From Candidatus Rokuibacteriota bacterium (GTDB lineage: Bacteria; Methylomirabilota; Methylomirabilia; Rokubacteriales; DASRDR01), in contig JBIOTN010000045.1 in NCBI GenBank assembly GCA_044866005.1, forward strand, positions 1 through 34,403: a stretch of DNA of 34,403 nt, given 5' to 3'. The notes beneath the pieces are model-generated. The model was not told the origin of the DNA. It worked only from the letters and a program-made list of their open reading frames with translations, and ran no database searches. Position 1 is the stretch's first letter. Each line of letters opens with the position of its first letter. Shown here piece after piece: positions 8,873 to 19,214 of this stretch. Position numbers and translations under genes: made by a program.

Positions 8873-9859
8873 ATGAAGCTCACCCTGCCTGCCGTCGCAG
8901 CCGTGACCCTTGCCCTCCTCAACGCGCCGCTCGCCACCGAGGCGCAGCCACCGGAGAAGGTGTACCGGATAGGGGTTCTGATGAGCGTCTCGTCTTCGGC
9001 TGCCGTACCCCGCGTCGAGGCATTCAGGCTGGGGCTGCGCGAACTCGGCTACGTCGAGGGGAAGAACATCGCCATTGAGTACCGGTGGTCCGAGGGGCGG
9101 GATGAGCGGCTGCCGGGCCTCGCGGCCGAACTGGTCCGCCTCAAGGTTGATGTCATGGTTATAACCGGAACGGTGGCGGTCCGTGCTGCCCAGCAAGCGA
9201 GCGCGACGATCCCGATCGTTATGGCTGCGACCGGCGACCCCGTCGCCACGGGGCTCGTGACGAGCCTCGCGCGGCCCGGGGGCAATGTCACGGGGCTGAG
9301 TCTCACTGCGCCGGAGGTGAGTGGGAAGCGGCTGGAGCTACTCAGGGAGGTCGTTCCTGGGCTGGCCCGGGTGGCTGTTCTCTCGAATCCCGGCAATCCA
9401 GTGTCCGGACCGGAGTTGCGAGAGACGGAAGCGGCAGCCCGCTCGTTGGGGTTGCGGCTCCAATCCCTGGCTGTGAGAGATCCCGATGGGTTCGACAGTG
9501 CCTTCTCCTCGATGAACACAGAGCGCGCGGGCGCTCTCATCGTGCTGTCCGACGCCATGTTCCAGGGTCGACGAAGACAGATCGCGGACCTCGCGGTAAC
9601 CAACCGGCTGCCGGCAATCGCTTGGACCGGGGAGTTTGCCGAGTCGGGCGGCCTCATGGCCTACGGTCCGAACGTGGTCGAGATGCACCGGCGCGCCGCG
9701 ACTTACGTGGACAAGATCCTGAAAGGCGCCAGTCCCGCCGACCTGCCGGTCGAGCAGCCGACGAAGTTCGCCCTGGTGATCAATCTCAAGACCGCCAGGG
9801 CGCTCGGCCTGACGATCCCGAAGTCCGTGCTCATCCGAGCGGACCAGGTGATCGAGTGA
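8873..9859 (+). CDS. Orphan ABC transporter substrate-binding protein (ABC_sub_bind / TrpX-like family)
   Basis: ATG 8873 after GGAGGT. Signal peptide; [59 protein letters not shown]. Confidence 0.9.
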   Translation: MKLTLPAVAAVTLALLNAPLATEAQPPEKVYRIGVLMSVSSSAAVPRVEAFRLGLRELGYVEGKNIAIEYRWSEGRDERLPGLAAELVRLKVDVMVITGTVAVRAAQQASATIPIVMAATGDPVATGLVTSLARPGGNVTGLSLTAPEVSGKRLELLREVVPGLARVAVLSNPGNPVSGPELRETEAAARSLGLRLQSLAVRDPDGFDSAFSSMNTERAGALIVLSDAMFQGRRRQIADLAVTNRLPAIAWTGEFAESGGLMAYGPNVVEMHRRAATYVDKILKGASPADLPVEQPTKFALVINLKTARALGLTIPKSVLIRADQVIE

Positions 9860-9956
9860 CCGAGTGCTCGTCCTCTTTGGCGGGTCCAAGTCGGCAAGGG
9901 GGCTGTCGCAGTCGCCGCGAAGTGAGGACACTACCCGGGCGCCACGCGCGGGCGGG

Positions 9957-10673
9957 TCACGCCCCGAGACGCGGTCCGTCCCGGCGCGGCGGCACGGACG
10001 TCCCCGCGCTGCCCTGACGAAGGCCCAGGTGGACAAGGGTCTCGGCCACCTGCACCGCGCACGCGACCGGCTCCAGCACGGGCAGGCGGGTTCTCGGGCG
10101 GAGGTCCGCCGCGTACGGCGAGAGCCGCGAGCCGCCCAGGACCACGAGATCCGCCCCGAGCTCCGCTTCGGCGCGCGCGGCCTCCGCGGCCAGCGCCGCG
10201 ACCACGGCGTCGCCGTCCGGCGGCGCCGCGCTGATCGGCGGCAGGCTCACCGCGCGGACGCCGACGCAGCGCGCCTGGAATCCCGTCAGCCGCACCAATT
10301 CCTCCGTGTACGGGATCATGCGGGCCGCGGTCGTGACGATCACGAACCGGTGGCCGAGGAGCACCGCCGTCGCCATCGCCGCCTCCGCCATGGCGACGAC
10401 CGCGACGTCGAGCCGCTCCTTCACGGCCGCCGTGCCGTAGTGCCCGAACCCGGCCAGCACGACGGCGTCGGGCGGAGGCGAGAGCTCCGCGAGCCCGGCG
10501 ACGAAGGGCGCGGCCGCGAGCGCGTCGGCGTCGTAGCTGTCGATCACCGCTGGGCCCTGCCGGTTGGTCCAGCCGACCACGCGGGTGCCGGGCGATGCCG
10601 CCGCCCGGGCCAGGGCCACGCAGGCCTCCGTGATCGCCTGGGTGGCGTTCGGATTCGCGAGGACCAAGTCCAC
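9957..10673 (-). CDS. Asp/Glu/hydantoin racemase superfamily protein (both catalytic Cys absent)
   Basis: GTG 10673 after GGGAGG. LVLANPNATQAIT, GPAVIDS, AGFGHYG, AMAEAA, GADLVVLGG, PVLEPV. Confidence 0.8.
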   Translation of the reverse strand: MDLVLANPNATQAITEACVALARAAASPGTRVVGWTNRQGPAVIDSYDADALAAAPFVAGLAELSPPPDAVVLAGFGHYGTAAVKERLDVAVVAMAEAAMATAVLLGHRFVIVTTAARMIPYTEELVRLTGFQARCVGVRAVSLPPISAAPPDGDAVVAALAAEAARAEAELGADLVVLGGSRLSPYAADLRPRTRLPVLEPVACAVQVAETLVHLGLRQGSAGTSVPPRRDGPRLGA

Positions 10674-10900
10674 GGCGCGCCTCCCTGCCCGGGCCGGTCC
10701 GGCCGCGCCGGGCCGACCGCCGAGCATCATGCCGGCGCGCCCGGCGGAGCGCAACCGCCGCCTCGGCCCGGCCCCGCATGACGAGCGCTGGCGGCCCGAC
10801 GGAGGAGCTCGCTCGGCCCGCGGTCCGCATAACCGCGACCGTTGCAGGGTTCCGCTCCGAGCGCCGGCTCCGCCGGCGCAAAGTCCCCCCGGGGAATTTC

Positions 10901-10926
10901 TCAAAGGGGGCAGCGCCCCCCTTTGA
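10901..10926. repeat. Intergenic palindrome / hairpin
   Basis: TCAAAGGGGG-cagcgc-CCCCCTTTGA, a perfect 10-bp stem between divergent genes. Confidence 0.6.
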
Positions 10927-10981
10927 CGAGCTGGCGCCGCGGCAGCCCGCGCGCTAACGTAGTCGGTCCGGGGAGGTGCCT

Positions 10982-12526
10982 GTGCCCTCGTCACTCATTC
11001 GCGGGCGGCACGTCATCTGCCGGGCGCCGAGCGGGTCGGCGGCCCGGGTGATCGACGACGGCGCCGTCTTCCAGCGGGACGGGACGATCGTCGAGGTCGG
11101 CCCGTATCGGAGCCTGGCGGCGAAGCACCGGCCCGACGAGGTGATCGGCTCGCCCGACCACGTCGTCCTGCCCGGCCTCGTCAACAGTCACCACCACGTC
11201 GGCCTCACGCCCGTTCAGCTCGGCTCGCCCGACCTGCCGCTGGAGCTGTGGTTCGCCAGCCGGATGGGCGCGCGGGACGTCGACCCGTACCTCGACACGC
11301 TCTATTCCGCGTTCGAGATGGTCCGGTCGGGCATCACGACGGTCCAGCACCTGCACGGCTGGCGGCTCGCCCCCGCCTCCCGCGTGCGCGCCGTCGCCGA
11401 TCGGATCCTCCGGGCGTACGACGACATCGGGATGCGGGTCTCCTATTCCTACGCGCTCCGCGATCAGAACCGGCTCGCCTACGAGGCGGACGAGGCCTTC
11501 CTCGGGCGCCTCCCGCCGGCGCTCGCCGCCGAGATCGCGGCCTGGTTCCGCGGCCAGACCATCCCCCTCGAAGACCAGCTCGGCCTCTTCGTCGAGCTGT
11601 GGGAGAAGCACGGGCAGAACACGGGCGAGCGGACCCGCATCCAGCTCGCGCCGGCGAACCTCCACTGGTGTTCCGACCGGGCGCTCCAGGCGGCCCGCGA
11701 CCACGCCGAGCGCTACCGCGTCGGGCTCCACATGCACCTCCTGGAGACCGCGTACCAGAAGGAGTACGCGCGACGGCGGACGGGGACGAGCGCGACCCGC
11801 CATCTCGCGGACCTCGGATTGCTCGGGCCGGCCTCGACGCTCGGCCACGGCGTGTGGCTCGCCGAGGACGAGCTCGACCTGGTCGCCCGAAGCGGCACGA
11901 TGATCTGCCACAATGCCAGCTCGAACCTCCGCCTGCGAAGCGGGATCGCGCCGCTGACCCACTGGACCACGCGCGGCATCCGGGTCGCCCTCGGGCTGGA
12001 CGAGGCCGGGATCAACGACGACCGCGACATGCTCCAGGAGATGCGCCTCGTCCTCCGGCTTCACCGGATCCCGGGCATGGACGACTCGGTGCCGGCCCCC
12101 GCGGAGGTCTTCCGGATGGCCACGGAGCACGGCGCGGCCACGACGCCGTTCGCCGGCCGGATCGGGGCGCTCGAGCCGGGCATGGCGGCCGACCTCGTGC
12201 TGCTCGACTGGCGCCACATCGCCCATCCGTACCTCGATCCCGCGATCCCGGTGCTGGACGCGGTGCTGTTCCGGGGACGCGCGTCCGGCGTGTCGACCGT
12301 CGTCGTGGGCGGGGAGGCGATCCTCCGCGACGGCCGGTTCGTCCGGATGGACGAGGCCGCCGCCCTCGAGGAGCTGGCGGCGGCCCTCCGGATCCCGCTC
12401 CGCCCGGACGAGGAGCGCCGCCGTCAGGTCGCCGGGGCCGTCTTCCCCTACGTCCGGCGGGTCTACGACGGCTGGCTCGAGGAGCAGGCCCGCGATCCGT
12501 ACTATCGCCAGAACTCGCGGCGCTGA
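10982..12526 (+). CDS. Metal-dependent amidohydrolase (ATZ/TRZ, MTA/SAH deaminase-like)
   Basis: PGLVNSHHH, SGITT, HMHLLET, LGHGVW, HNASSNLRL, ALGLD, GALEPGMAADLV. GTG 10982 follows GGAGGT; the track start is 10976. Confidence 0.9.
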   Translation: MPSSLIRGRHVICRAPSGSAARVIDDGAVFQRDGTIVEVGPYRSLAAKHRPDEVIGSPDHVVLPGLVNSHHHVGLTPVQLGSPDLPLELWFASRMGARDVDPYLDTLYSAFEMVRSGITTVQHLHGWRLAPASRVRAVADRILRAYDDIGMRVSYSYALRDQNRLAYEADEAFLGRLPPALAAEIAAWFRGQTIPLEDQLGLFVELWEKHGQNTGERTRIQLAPANLHWCSDRALQAARDHAERYRVGLHMHLLETAYQKEYARRRTGTSATRHLADLGLLGPASTLGHGVWLAEDELDLVARSGTMICHNASSNLRLRSGIAPLTHWTTRGIRVALGLDEAGINDDRDMLQEMRLVLRLHRIPGMDDSVPAPAEVFRMATEHGAATTPFAGRIGALEPGMAADLVLLDWRHIAHPYLDPAIPVLDAVLFRGRASGVSTVVVGGEAILRDGRFVRMDEAAALEELAAALRIPLRPDEERRRQVAGAVFPYVRRVYDGWLEEQARDPYYRQNSRR

Positions 12527-12549
12527 CCCGACAGGAGGGACCGGCCATC

Positions 12550-13797
12550 ATGACCGAGGTCGTCATCGTCGACGGGGTGCGGACGCCGTACTGCAAGGCC
12601 GGGACGCTCCTCACGGCCGTGTCGGCCGTCGACCTCGGCCGGATCGCCGTCGTGGAGCTTTTGGCCCGCACGAGCCTGGACCCCGACGTGGTCGACGAGG
12701 TGATCGTCGGCAACATCGCGCAGCCGCCCGAGGCCGTCAACATCGCGCGCGTGATCGCGCTGCGCGCAGGCCTCCCCGAGCGCGTGCCCGCCTACACCGT
12801 GGCGCGGAACTGCGGCTCCGGGCTTCAGGCCATCGCCGATGCCTGCCTCCGGATCGTCGCCGGCCAGGCGGAGACGGTCATCGCCGGCGGCGTCGAATCG
12901 ATGTCGAACATCCCCTTCTTCTTCCCCCGGGAGGGGCAGGCCCGCGTCACCGAGGTCGTCACCGGCAGGTCGGCGCTCGCCAAGCTCAGGGCCGCGTCGA
13001 AGCTCCGGCCGCAGCACTTCAAGCCCGTCGTCGGCCTCGAGGTCGGCCTCACCGACGCGGTGTGCGGGCTCAACATGGGGGAGACGGCGGAACTCCTGGC
13101 GAAAGAGCTCCACGTGAGCCGCGAGGAGCAGGACGCCTTCGCCCTGCGCTCCCACCAGCGGGCGACCGCCGCGCGCGGCGCGCTCGCCGACGAGATCGTC
13201 TTCGTGCCCGTGCCGCCCGGCTACCAGACGATGGCGACGCAGGACAACGGCATCCGCGAGCACCAGACGCTCGATGCCCTGGCGAAGCTCCGGCCGTATT
13301 TCGACCGCCGGTTCGGCAGCGTGACGGCGGGGAACGCCTCCCAGATCACCGACGGCGGCGCGGCCGTGCTCGTCATGGCGGCGCCGAAGGCGGCGGCGCT
13401 CGGCTACCGTCCGCTCGGGAAGGTCCGCGCCTTCGCCTTTGCCGGCGTCGATCCCGCGCGGATGGGCCTGGGGCCGGCCGTGGCGACGCCCCTGGCCTTG
13501 CAGAAGGCGGGCGTCGCGTGGCACGACATCGAGCTCTGCGAGATCAACGAGGCGTTCGCGGCCCAGGTCCTCGCCAACGCGCGGCTCTGGCCGAACGCGG
13601 TGGGGGGCGAGCTCGACTGGGACCGGACCAACGTCAACGGGGGCGCCATCGCCCTGGGCCACCCGGTCGGCTCCTCGGGCACCCGACTGGTCCTCACGCT
13701 CCTCAAGGAGATGCGGCGCCGCGGCGCGGGGCTCGGGCTCGCGACGCTCTGCATCGGGGGCGGTCAGGGTGGCGCCATGGTCCTCGAGGCCCTGTGA
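12550..13797 (+). CDS. Acetyl-CoA C-acyltransferase (thiolase), FadI/FadA-like
   Basis: ATG 12550 after AGGAGG. VRTP, NCGSG (catalytic Cys), NEAF, GGAIALGHPVG, CIGGG. Confidence 0.95.
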   Translation: MTEVVIVDGVRTPYCKAGTLLTAVSAVDLGRIAVVELLARTSLDPDVVDEVIVGNIAQPPEAVNIARVIALRAGLPERVPAYTVARNCGSGLQAIADACLRIVAGQAETVIAGGVESMSNIPFFFPREGQARVTEVVTGRSALAKLRAASKLRPQHFKPVVGLEVGLTDAVCGLNMGETAELLAKELHVSREEQDAFALRSHQRATAARGALADEIVFVPVPPGYQTMATQDNGIREHQTLDALAKLRPYFDRRFGSVTAGNASQITDGGAAVLVMAAPKAAALGYRPLGKVRAFAFAGVDPARMGLGPAVATPLALQKAGVAWHDIELCEINEAFAAQVLANARLWPNAVGGELDWDRTNVNGGAIALGHPVGSSGTRLVLTLLKEMRRRGAGLGLATLCIGGGQGGAMVLEAL

Positions 13798-13823
13798 GCG
13801 ACCCCGGCCGGTAAGGCGCGCCG

Positions 13824-15968
13824 GTGACCGGGACCGCCTTCACGCTCGACGTCGCCCCGGACGGGCTCGCCGTCCTCACCTTCGACGTGCCGGGGGCGAA
13901 GGTCAACGCCTTCTCCACGCCGGTGATGGCGGAGCTGGCCGCGCTGGCGGCGGAGCTGGCCCGGTCGGGGACCGTCCGCGCGCTGCTCCTGCGCTCGGGC
14001 AAGCCCGACAGCTTCATCGTCGGCGCCGACGTGCACGAGCTCGACCGCCTCTCCGACCCCGAGGCCGGGCGGCGGGCCTCGCGGGCCGGGCAGGAGATCT
14101 TCGAGTCGTTCGCGCGCCTGCCGGTTCCGACCACGGCCGCGATCGGCGGCAGCTGCCTCGGTGGGGGCACCGAGCTCGCGCTGGCGTGCGATTTCCGGCT
14201 GATGTCCGACGCCCCGGCGGCGGTCATCGGGCTGCCGGAAGTCCGGCTCGGGATCCTGCCGGGATGGGGCGGGACGCAGCGCCTGCCGCGGCTCGTGGGC
14301 CTGCGCGCCGGCCTGGACCTGATCCTCACGGGCCGCGCGCTCGACGCCCGGCAGGCCCGGAGGATCGGGCTCGTCGACGACGTCGTGCCGTCGGCCATCT
14401 TCGACGACTGGTGTCACCGCTTCGCGCGGGGGACGATCGGCCGCGAGAAGCCGACGGACCGGCGGCGCCCCACGCGCCTCGCCGAGCTGGCGCTCGAGCG
14501 GAATCCGGCCGGTCGGGCCCTCGTCATCATGCAGGCGCGGCGGGGCATCCGGAAGAGAACCCGCGGCCAGTACCCGGCCCCGCTCGAAGCGCTGGCGGCC
14601 GTCGCGGAAGGCTGGGGCCAGCCGCCGGCCGCCGCGTTCGAGATCGAGAGCCGGCACCTGGCGGCCCTGATCGGCACGCCGACGCAGCGGAACCTGCTGC
14701 GCCTCTTCTTCTGGACCGAGGAGGTCAAGAAGGAGACCGGCGCCGCGGACCTCACGATCCGACCCCGCGAGGTCACGCGGGTCGGCGTGCTCGGGGCCGG
14801 CGTCATGGGCGGCGGGATCGCCCAGCTCGTGGCCGACCGGGGCATGCCGGTCCGGATGAAGGACATCACGGCCGAGGCGCTCGGCCACGGCTACGCGGCC
14901 GCAGCGCGCATCTGGCGGCACGAGCGCGAGCGCCGGCGCCTGACGCCCCGGGAGCTCGCGGCGCGGATGGCCCGCCTCTCGGGCGGGCTCGACTACGCGG
15001 GCTTCGCGCGGTGCGAGGTGACGCTCGAGGCCGTCGTCGAGACGCTCGCGGTCAAGCAGGCCGTGCTCGCCGAGTGGGAGGCCGTGGTGCCCGACACGGC
15101 GATCTTCGCGTCGAATACCTCCGCGCTGTCGATCGGGCAGATCGCCGCGCGGGCGCGACGGCCGGGCCGGGTCGTCGGCATGCACTTCTTCAACCCGGTC
15201 CACCGGATGCCGCTCGTCGAGGTGATCCGCGGCGAGCGCACGGGGGAGGAGACGGTCGCGACCGTCTTCACGCTCGCCCGGCGGCTCGGGAAGACGCCCG
15301 TCGTCGTGCGGGATGGGCCCGGTTTCCTGGTCAACCGGCTCCTGTCGCCCTACCTCGCCGAGGCGGTCGGCCTGGTCCTGGGCGGCTGTTCGGTCGAGGG
15401 CGTCGACGACGCGATGGTCGGCTTCGGGATGCCGGTGGGCCCGCTGGCGCTCCTCGACGACGTGGGGATCGACGTCGCGGTCAAGGCCGGGCGGGTGATG
15501 GCCGCGGCGTTCCCGGACCGGCTGCCGCTCGCCGCCCCTCTCGACGCGCTGGCGCACGCCGGGCGGCTGGGGCGCAAGGGCGGGCGCGGGTTCTACCGCT
15601 ACGATGGCGACCAGCGCCGGCGCCCCGATCCGGAGGCGCTCCGCCTCCTCGGCGTCGCGCCGGCCGGCGCGGGGGCGCTCCCCGCCCAGGCGATCGAGGC
15701 GCGCCTCGTCCTGCCGATGATCAACGAGGCGGCCTACTGCTTGATGGACGCGGTCGTGGCGAGCCCGGCGAAGCTCGACCTCGCGATGGTCCTGGGCACC
15801 GGCTTCCCGCCCTTCCGCGGCGGGCTCCTGCGCTACGCGGACGCGCTCGGCCTCGAGGCGGTCGCGGCGCGGCTCTCGGAGCTGGCGGAGCGGCTGGGCG
15901 AGCGCTTCAAGCCCGCGCCCCTCATCCTCGACCTCGCCCGGCGCGGTGCCCGCTTTCACCCGCGCTGA
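13824..15968 (+). CDS. Fatty-acid oxidation complex alpha subunit (enoyl-CoA hydratase + 3-hydroxyacyl-CoA dehydrogenase), FadJ/FadB-like
   Basis: CLGGGTELALACD, LPEVRLGILPGWGGTQRLPRL, GAGVMGGGIA, ASNTS, HFFNPV, GTGFPPFRGG. Confidence 0.95.
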   Translation: MTGTAFTLDVAPDGLAVLTFDVPGAKVNAFSTPVMAELAALAAELARSGTVRALLLRSGKPDSFIVGADVHELDRLSDPEAGRRASRAGQEIFESFARLPVPTTAAIGGSCLGGGTELALACDFRLMSDAPAAVIGLPEVRLGILPGWGGTQRLPRLVGLRAGLDLILTGRALDARQARRIGLVDDVVPSAIFDDWCHRFARGTIGREKPTDRRRPTRLAELALERNPAGRALVIMQARRGIRKRTRGQYPAPLEALAAVAEGWGQPPAAAFEIESRHLAALIGTPTQRNLLRLFFWTEEVKKETGAADLTIRPREVTRVGVLGAGVMGGGIAQLVADRGMPVRMKDITAEALGHGYAAAARIWRHERERRRLTPRELAARMARLSGGLDYAGFARCEVTLEAVVETLAVKQAVLAEWEAVVPDTAIFASNTSALSIGQIAARARRPGRVVGMHFFNPVHRMPLVEVIRGERTGEETVATVFTLARRLGKTPVVVRDGPGFLVNRLLSPYLAEAVGLVLGGCSVEGVDDAMVGFGMPVGPLALLDDVGIDVAVKAGRVMAAAFPDRLPLAAPLDALAHAGRLGRKGGRGFYRYDGDQRRRPDPEALRLLGVAPAGAGALPAQAIEARLVLPMINEAAYCLMDAVVASPAKLDLAMVLGTGFPPFRGGLLRYADALGLEAVAARLSELAERLGERFKPAPLILDLARRGARFHPR

Positions 15969-16009
15969 CCGGCGCAAGGCGCCGGCCGAAGGGTCCTATC
16001 CGGGGAGAG

Positions 16010-16066
16010 GGCAGGCCCGACGCCTTCGCCGTCTCTCGGGGGGAGGCAGGCCCGACGCCTTCGCCG
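16010..16066. repeat. 22-bp direct repeat, two copies
   Basis: GGCAGGCCCGACGCCTTCGCCG at 16010-16031 and 16045-16066. Confidence 0.8.
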
Positions 16067-16114
16067 AAGGGCGAGCCTTCCGAGCGGCGGCTCCGCCGCC
16101 GCAACGGCGGGGGG

Positions 16115-16145
16115 CATCGGGGGGGCTTCCGAGACCCCCCCGATG
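16115..16145. terminator. G/C-tract hairpin between convergent genes (terminator or REP-like)
   Basis: CATCGGGGGGG-cttccgaga-CCCCCCCGATG, an 11-bp perfect stem ending 3 nt from the stop of the Zn-ADH gene. Confidence 0.55.
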
Positions 16146-16148
16146 AGA

Positions 16149-17318
16149 TTAGGGCCGGAGGACGACCTTGATGCAGCCCTCGGCCTTGTCGCAGAAGATC
16201 CGGTACGCTCGCGGCGCCTCGGCGAGGGGGAGCCGATGCGTGATGACGAACGCCGGGTCGATCTCGCCGGCCTCGATCCGCGCGAGCAGGGGGCGAAGGT
16301 AGCGGTGGACGTGGGTCTGCCCCATCCGGAGCGTCAGGCCCTTGGCGAAGGCCGCGCCGAACGGGATCTTGTCGAGGAAGCCCCCGTAGACCCCGGGAAT
16401 GGAGACGGTGCCGCCCTTGCGGCAGGCCTGGATCGCCTCACGCAGGACGTGCGGCCGGTCGGTCGCCAGCCGGATGGCGTGCTTCGCCCGGTCGTAGAGG
16501 GCGTCCACCGTCGTGCCGTGGGCCTCGAGCCCGACCGCGTCGATGCAGGCGTCGGGTCCCCGGCCGCCGGTCCGCTGCTTGAGCTCCTCCACGACGTCGG
16601 CGCCCTCGTAGTCGAGCACCTCGGCCTTCCCCTCCCGCCCCGCCAGCGCGAGCCGCTCGGGCACGCGGTCGATCGCGATCACGCGATCGGCGCCCAGGAG
16701 ATACGCGCTCCTGATCGCGAACTGGCCCACGGGGCCGCAGCCCCACACCGCCACGGTGTCGCCCGGCCGGATGTCGCAGTTCTCCGCGGCCATGTAGCCG
16801 GTCGGGAAGATGTCGGAGAGGAAGAGCACCTGCTCGTCGGCGAAGCCCGGCGGGACGCGGAGGGGGCCGACGTCCGCGAACGGCACCCGGACGTACTCCG
16901 CCTGGCCGCCGGCGTAGCCGCCGAAGACGTGCGAGTAACCGAAGAGACCCGAGCCCGAGAAGCCGTAGAGCGCCTCGGCCATGCCGGCGTTCGGATTCGA
17001 GTTGTCGCAGAGCGAGGAGAGGTCGCGCTGACAGTAAAAGCACCGGCCGCAGGCGATCGCGAACGGCACGACGACCCGGTCCCCCACGCGGAGCTCGCGG
17101 TTGCCGGGGCCCACCTCGACCACCTCGCCCATGAACTCGTGGCCGAGGATGTCGCCCGCCTCCATCGTCGGAATGTAGCCGTTGTAGAGGTGGAGGTCCG
17201 AGCCGCAGATCGCGCTGAGCGTGACGCGGACGATCGCGTCGCGCGGGTTGACGATCCGCGGCTCCGGCACCTCGGTCACGCGCACGTCCTCGGGGCCGTG
17301 CCAGGAGATGGCCTTCAT
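16149..17318 (-). CDS. Zinc-dependent alcohol dehydrogenase (formaldehyde dehydrogenase-like MDR)
   Basis: ATG 17318 overlaps TGA 17315. [39 protein letters not shown]. Confidence 0.95.
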   Translation of the reverse strand: MKAISWHGPEDVRVTEVPEPRIVNPRDAIVRVTLSAICGSDLHLYNGYIPTMEAGDILGHEFMGEVVEVGPGNRELRVGDRVVVPFAIACGRCFYCQRDLSSLCDNSNPNAGMAEALYGFSGSGLFGYSHVFGGYAGGQAEYVRVPFADVGPLRVPPGFADEQVLFLSDIFPTGYMAAENCDIRPGDTVAVWGCGPVGQFAIRSAYLLGADRVIAIDRVPERLALAGREGKAEVLDYEGADVVEELKQRTGGRGPDACIDAVGLEAHGTTVDALYDRAKHAIRLATDRPHVLREAIQACRKGGTVSIPGVYGGFLDKIPFGAAFAKGLTLRMGQTHVHRYLRPLLARIEAGEIDPAFVITHRLPLAEAPRAYRIFCDKAEGCIKVVLRP

Positions 17319-17980
17319 CGCCGCGCCTCGGCCCCGCGTGCCCCGGCGTGGGGCTGGCCCGCGGTCGTGGGCACCTCGCCGGCCTCCATGAGCTGCTTGA
17401 AGCGCCGCAGGTCCTCGCGGACGACCGACTCGGGGTCGGCGCCGAAGACCCGGGCCGCCAGGTCGCTGAGCCGGCCGCCCGGCGCACGGTAGTCGAGCCG
17501 CAGCGTGACCTCGGTGCCGCGGCCCTGCGGGGCGCGACGGAAGCGGACGTGCCCGGCGTGCGCCACCGGCGCGCCCGGCAGCGTGCGCCAGGCGATCCGC
17601 TCGTTCGCGCGCGCCTCGGCCAGCTCCGCCTCCCACACCACGGGCCGGCCGCCCGGGGCGGCCGCCACCCATCGCGTCCGGTCGGGCCCCACCGCCGACA
17701 CCGCGCGCACGCGGCCCATGAAGCGCGGCAGGTTCTCGGGCTGGCGCCAGAAGCGGTAGAGGTCCTCGGGCGGCTTGTCGATGGTGACCGTGCGCTCGAC
17801 CGTCCGGCCCGCACGCTCGCGCCGGGGCGCGAGCGAGGCGCGCGCGAGCCGGAAGAGGACGAACGCCCCGCCGCCGGCGGCGAGCGCCCAGCGCGCGGCC
17901 GTCGGGCCGACGGACGGGCGTCCCGGGACCGCCTCCCGGGCCGGCTCGGACCGGATTGCGGACGTATCCGGAATCGGCAT
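17315..17980 (-). CDS. SRPBCC-family (polyketide cyclase/dehydrase-like) protein
   Basis: ATG 17980 after [55 protein letters not shown]. Confidence 0.9.
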   Translation of the reverse strand: MPIPDTSAIRSEPAREAVPGRPSVGPTAARWALAAGGGAFVLFRLARASLAPRRERAGRTVERTVTIDKPPEDLYRFWRQPENLPRFMGRVRAVSAVGPDRTRWVAAAPGGRPVVWEAELAEARANERIAWRTLPGAPVAHAGHVRFRRAPQGRGTEVTLRLDYRAPGGRLSDLAARVFGADPESVVREDLRRFKQLMEAGEVPTTAGQPHAGARGAEARR

Positions 17981-18003
17981 CGCCGTGACCTCCGTCCTCC
18001 GAG

Positions 18004-19053
18004 CTATCCGGTCTGGTTGTTCCGGCGCGCCGCCCGCTCGTCGAGCGCGGTCAGCCAGGAGGGCGAGAGGCGGGAGTGGCTCTCCCGGCCCGGCGCCCGG
18101 TCGGCGCCGATCCCGCCGGGTCCCGGCAGCAGGCGGTTGGCGAGGCCGAGCAACTCGGCCGTGACCCCGGGGAACAGCCCGTGGAACGTCGCCGCGGCCT
18201 TCGCCGGGAGGGAGAGGACCACTTCGGCGTCGCCGTGCCGCACCGCCGCGAGGATCTGGCGCGCGGCGCGCTCCGCGCTCATGGAGAGGAGCGGCAAGGC
18301 GTCGCTGAGGCTGAACCACGTGTACTCGGCCCGATGCCGGCCCTTGAACGTCGCGTTCCGCGGGCTGCCGGTCCGCATGAGGCCGGGGCAGACCGTGGTC
18401 ACCGCGATGCCGTCCTTCGCGAGCTCGGCGCGGAGGCCGGCGGAGAGGCCGACCAGCGCGAACTTGCTGGCGGCATAGGGCACGAGGTGCGGGACGCTGA
18501 TCTTGCCGCCGATCGAGGCGATGTTGACGATCCGGCCGCCGCCGCGCTGCCGCATGCCGGGGAGCACGGCGAGGGTCGCGTAGAGCGACCCCCAGAAGTG
18601 CGTCTTCATCGCCTCGTCGTAGTCCTCCAGGGTCATGACCTCGACGGGGCCGACCGCGATGACGCCGGCGTTGTTGACGAGCACGTCCACCGGTCCGTGC
18701 CGCGCCTCGACCTGGCGCACGAGCGCCTCCACCTGCGCGCGATCGGCGACGTCGCAGGGCACGGCCAGCACCGGGTCGCCGGACCGGGCGAGCTCCGCCC
18801 GCGCCCGCTCCAGCGCGCCCGGGTCGCGGCCGCAGACGGCGACGCGCGCGCCCTCGCAGAGCATCGCGCGCGCCAGCACGAGCCCGAGCCCGCGCGAGCC
18901 GCCCGTGATGAGCACGGTCCGGTCGCGGAGATCGTAGCGCCGGAGCCGGCGGGCGAGCGCGCGCGCCGCCAGCAGCCCGACACCGAGCCCCAGGGCCATC
19001 CCCGCGAGCGGCGCGCCGCGCGGCGCATGATCGGATGGCCGCTCCAGTGCCAT
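18004..19053 (-). CDS. Short-chain dehydrogenase/reductase (SDR)
   Basis: [26 protein letters not shown]-terminal hydrophobic anchor; ATG 19053. Confidence 0.92.
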   Translation of the reverse strand: MALERPSDHAPRGAPLAGMALGLGVGLLAARALARRLRRYDLRDRTVLITGGSRGLGLVLARAMLCEGARVAVCGRDPGALERARAELARSGDPVLAVPCDVADRAQVEALVRQVEARHGPVDVLVNNAGVIAVGPVEVMTLEDYDEAMKTHFWGSLYATLAVLPGMRQRGGGRIVNIASIGGKISVPHLVPYAASKFALVGLSAGLRAELAKDGIAVTTVCPGLMRTGSPRNATFKGRHRAEYTWFSLSDALPLLSMSAERAARQILAAVRHGDAEVVLSLPAKAAATFHGLFPGVTAELLGLANRLLPGPGGIGADRAPGRESHSRLSPSWLTALDERAARRNNQTG

Positions 19054-19083
19054 GCGCGTCTCTCTCGGAATCGTGAGGCCCGG

Positions 19084-19099
19084 TGCAAAGAGGGTACCG
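19084..19099 (-). promoter_or_regulatory. Sigma54-type (-24/-12) promoter of SDR-SRPBCC-ADH
   Basis: Minus strand CGGTACCCTCTTTGCA (GG-N10-GC), about 30 nt before ATG 19053. Confidence 0.65.
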
Positions 19100-19198
19100 G
19101 GAGCCGGGCCGGCGTGACCCGCGGCGAGCGGCGTCTCGCCCGCGACCGACGCCGGCGCTGACCTCGGCGGCGCGCGGGAGCGCCGGCGGGCCGGCCCT

Positions 19199-19214
19199 CG
19201 GTACTGCCTTTGCA
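19199..19214 (+). promoter_or_regulatory. Sigma54-type promoter of the hemerythrin gene
   Basis: CGGTACTGCCTTTGCA (GG-N10-GC). Confidence 0.65.

Noticed and set aside
11248..13797. 849-aa ORF suggesting an extended thiolase
   Set aside because: The first ~430 aa overlap the amidohydrolase in another frame; the thiolase has its own RBS and ATG at 12550.
16010..16066. Possible mini-CRISPR array
   Set aside because: Only two 22-bp copies with a 13-bp spacer and no cas genes.
13439..16171. 910-aa (+) and 737-aa (-) ORFs overlapping the FadJ-like gene, and similar antisense ORFs across the window
   Set aside because: Shadow ORFs expected from stop-codon scarcity at very high GC; no motifs.
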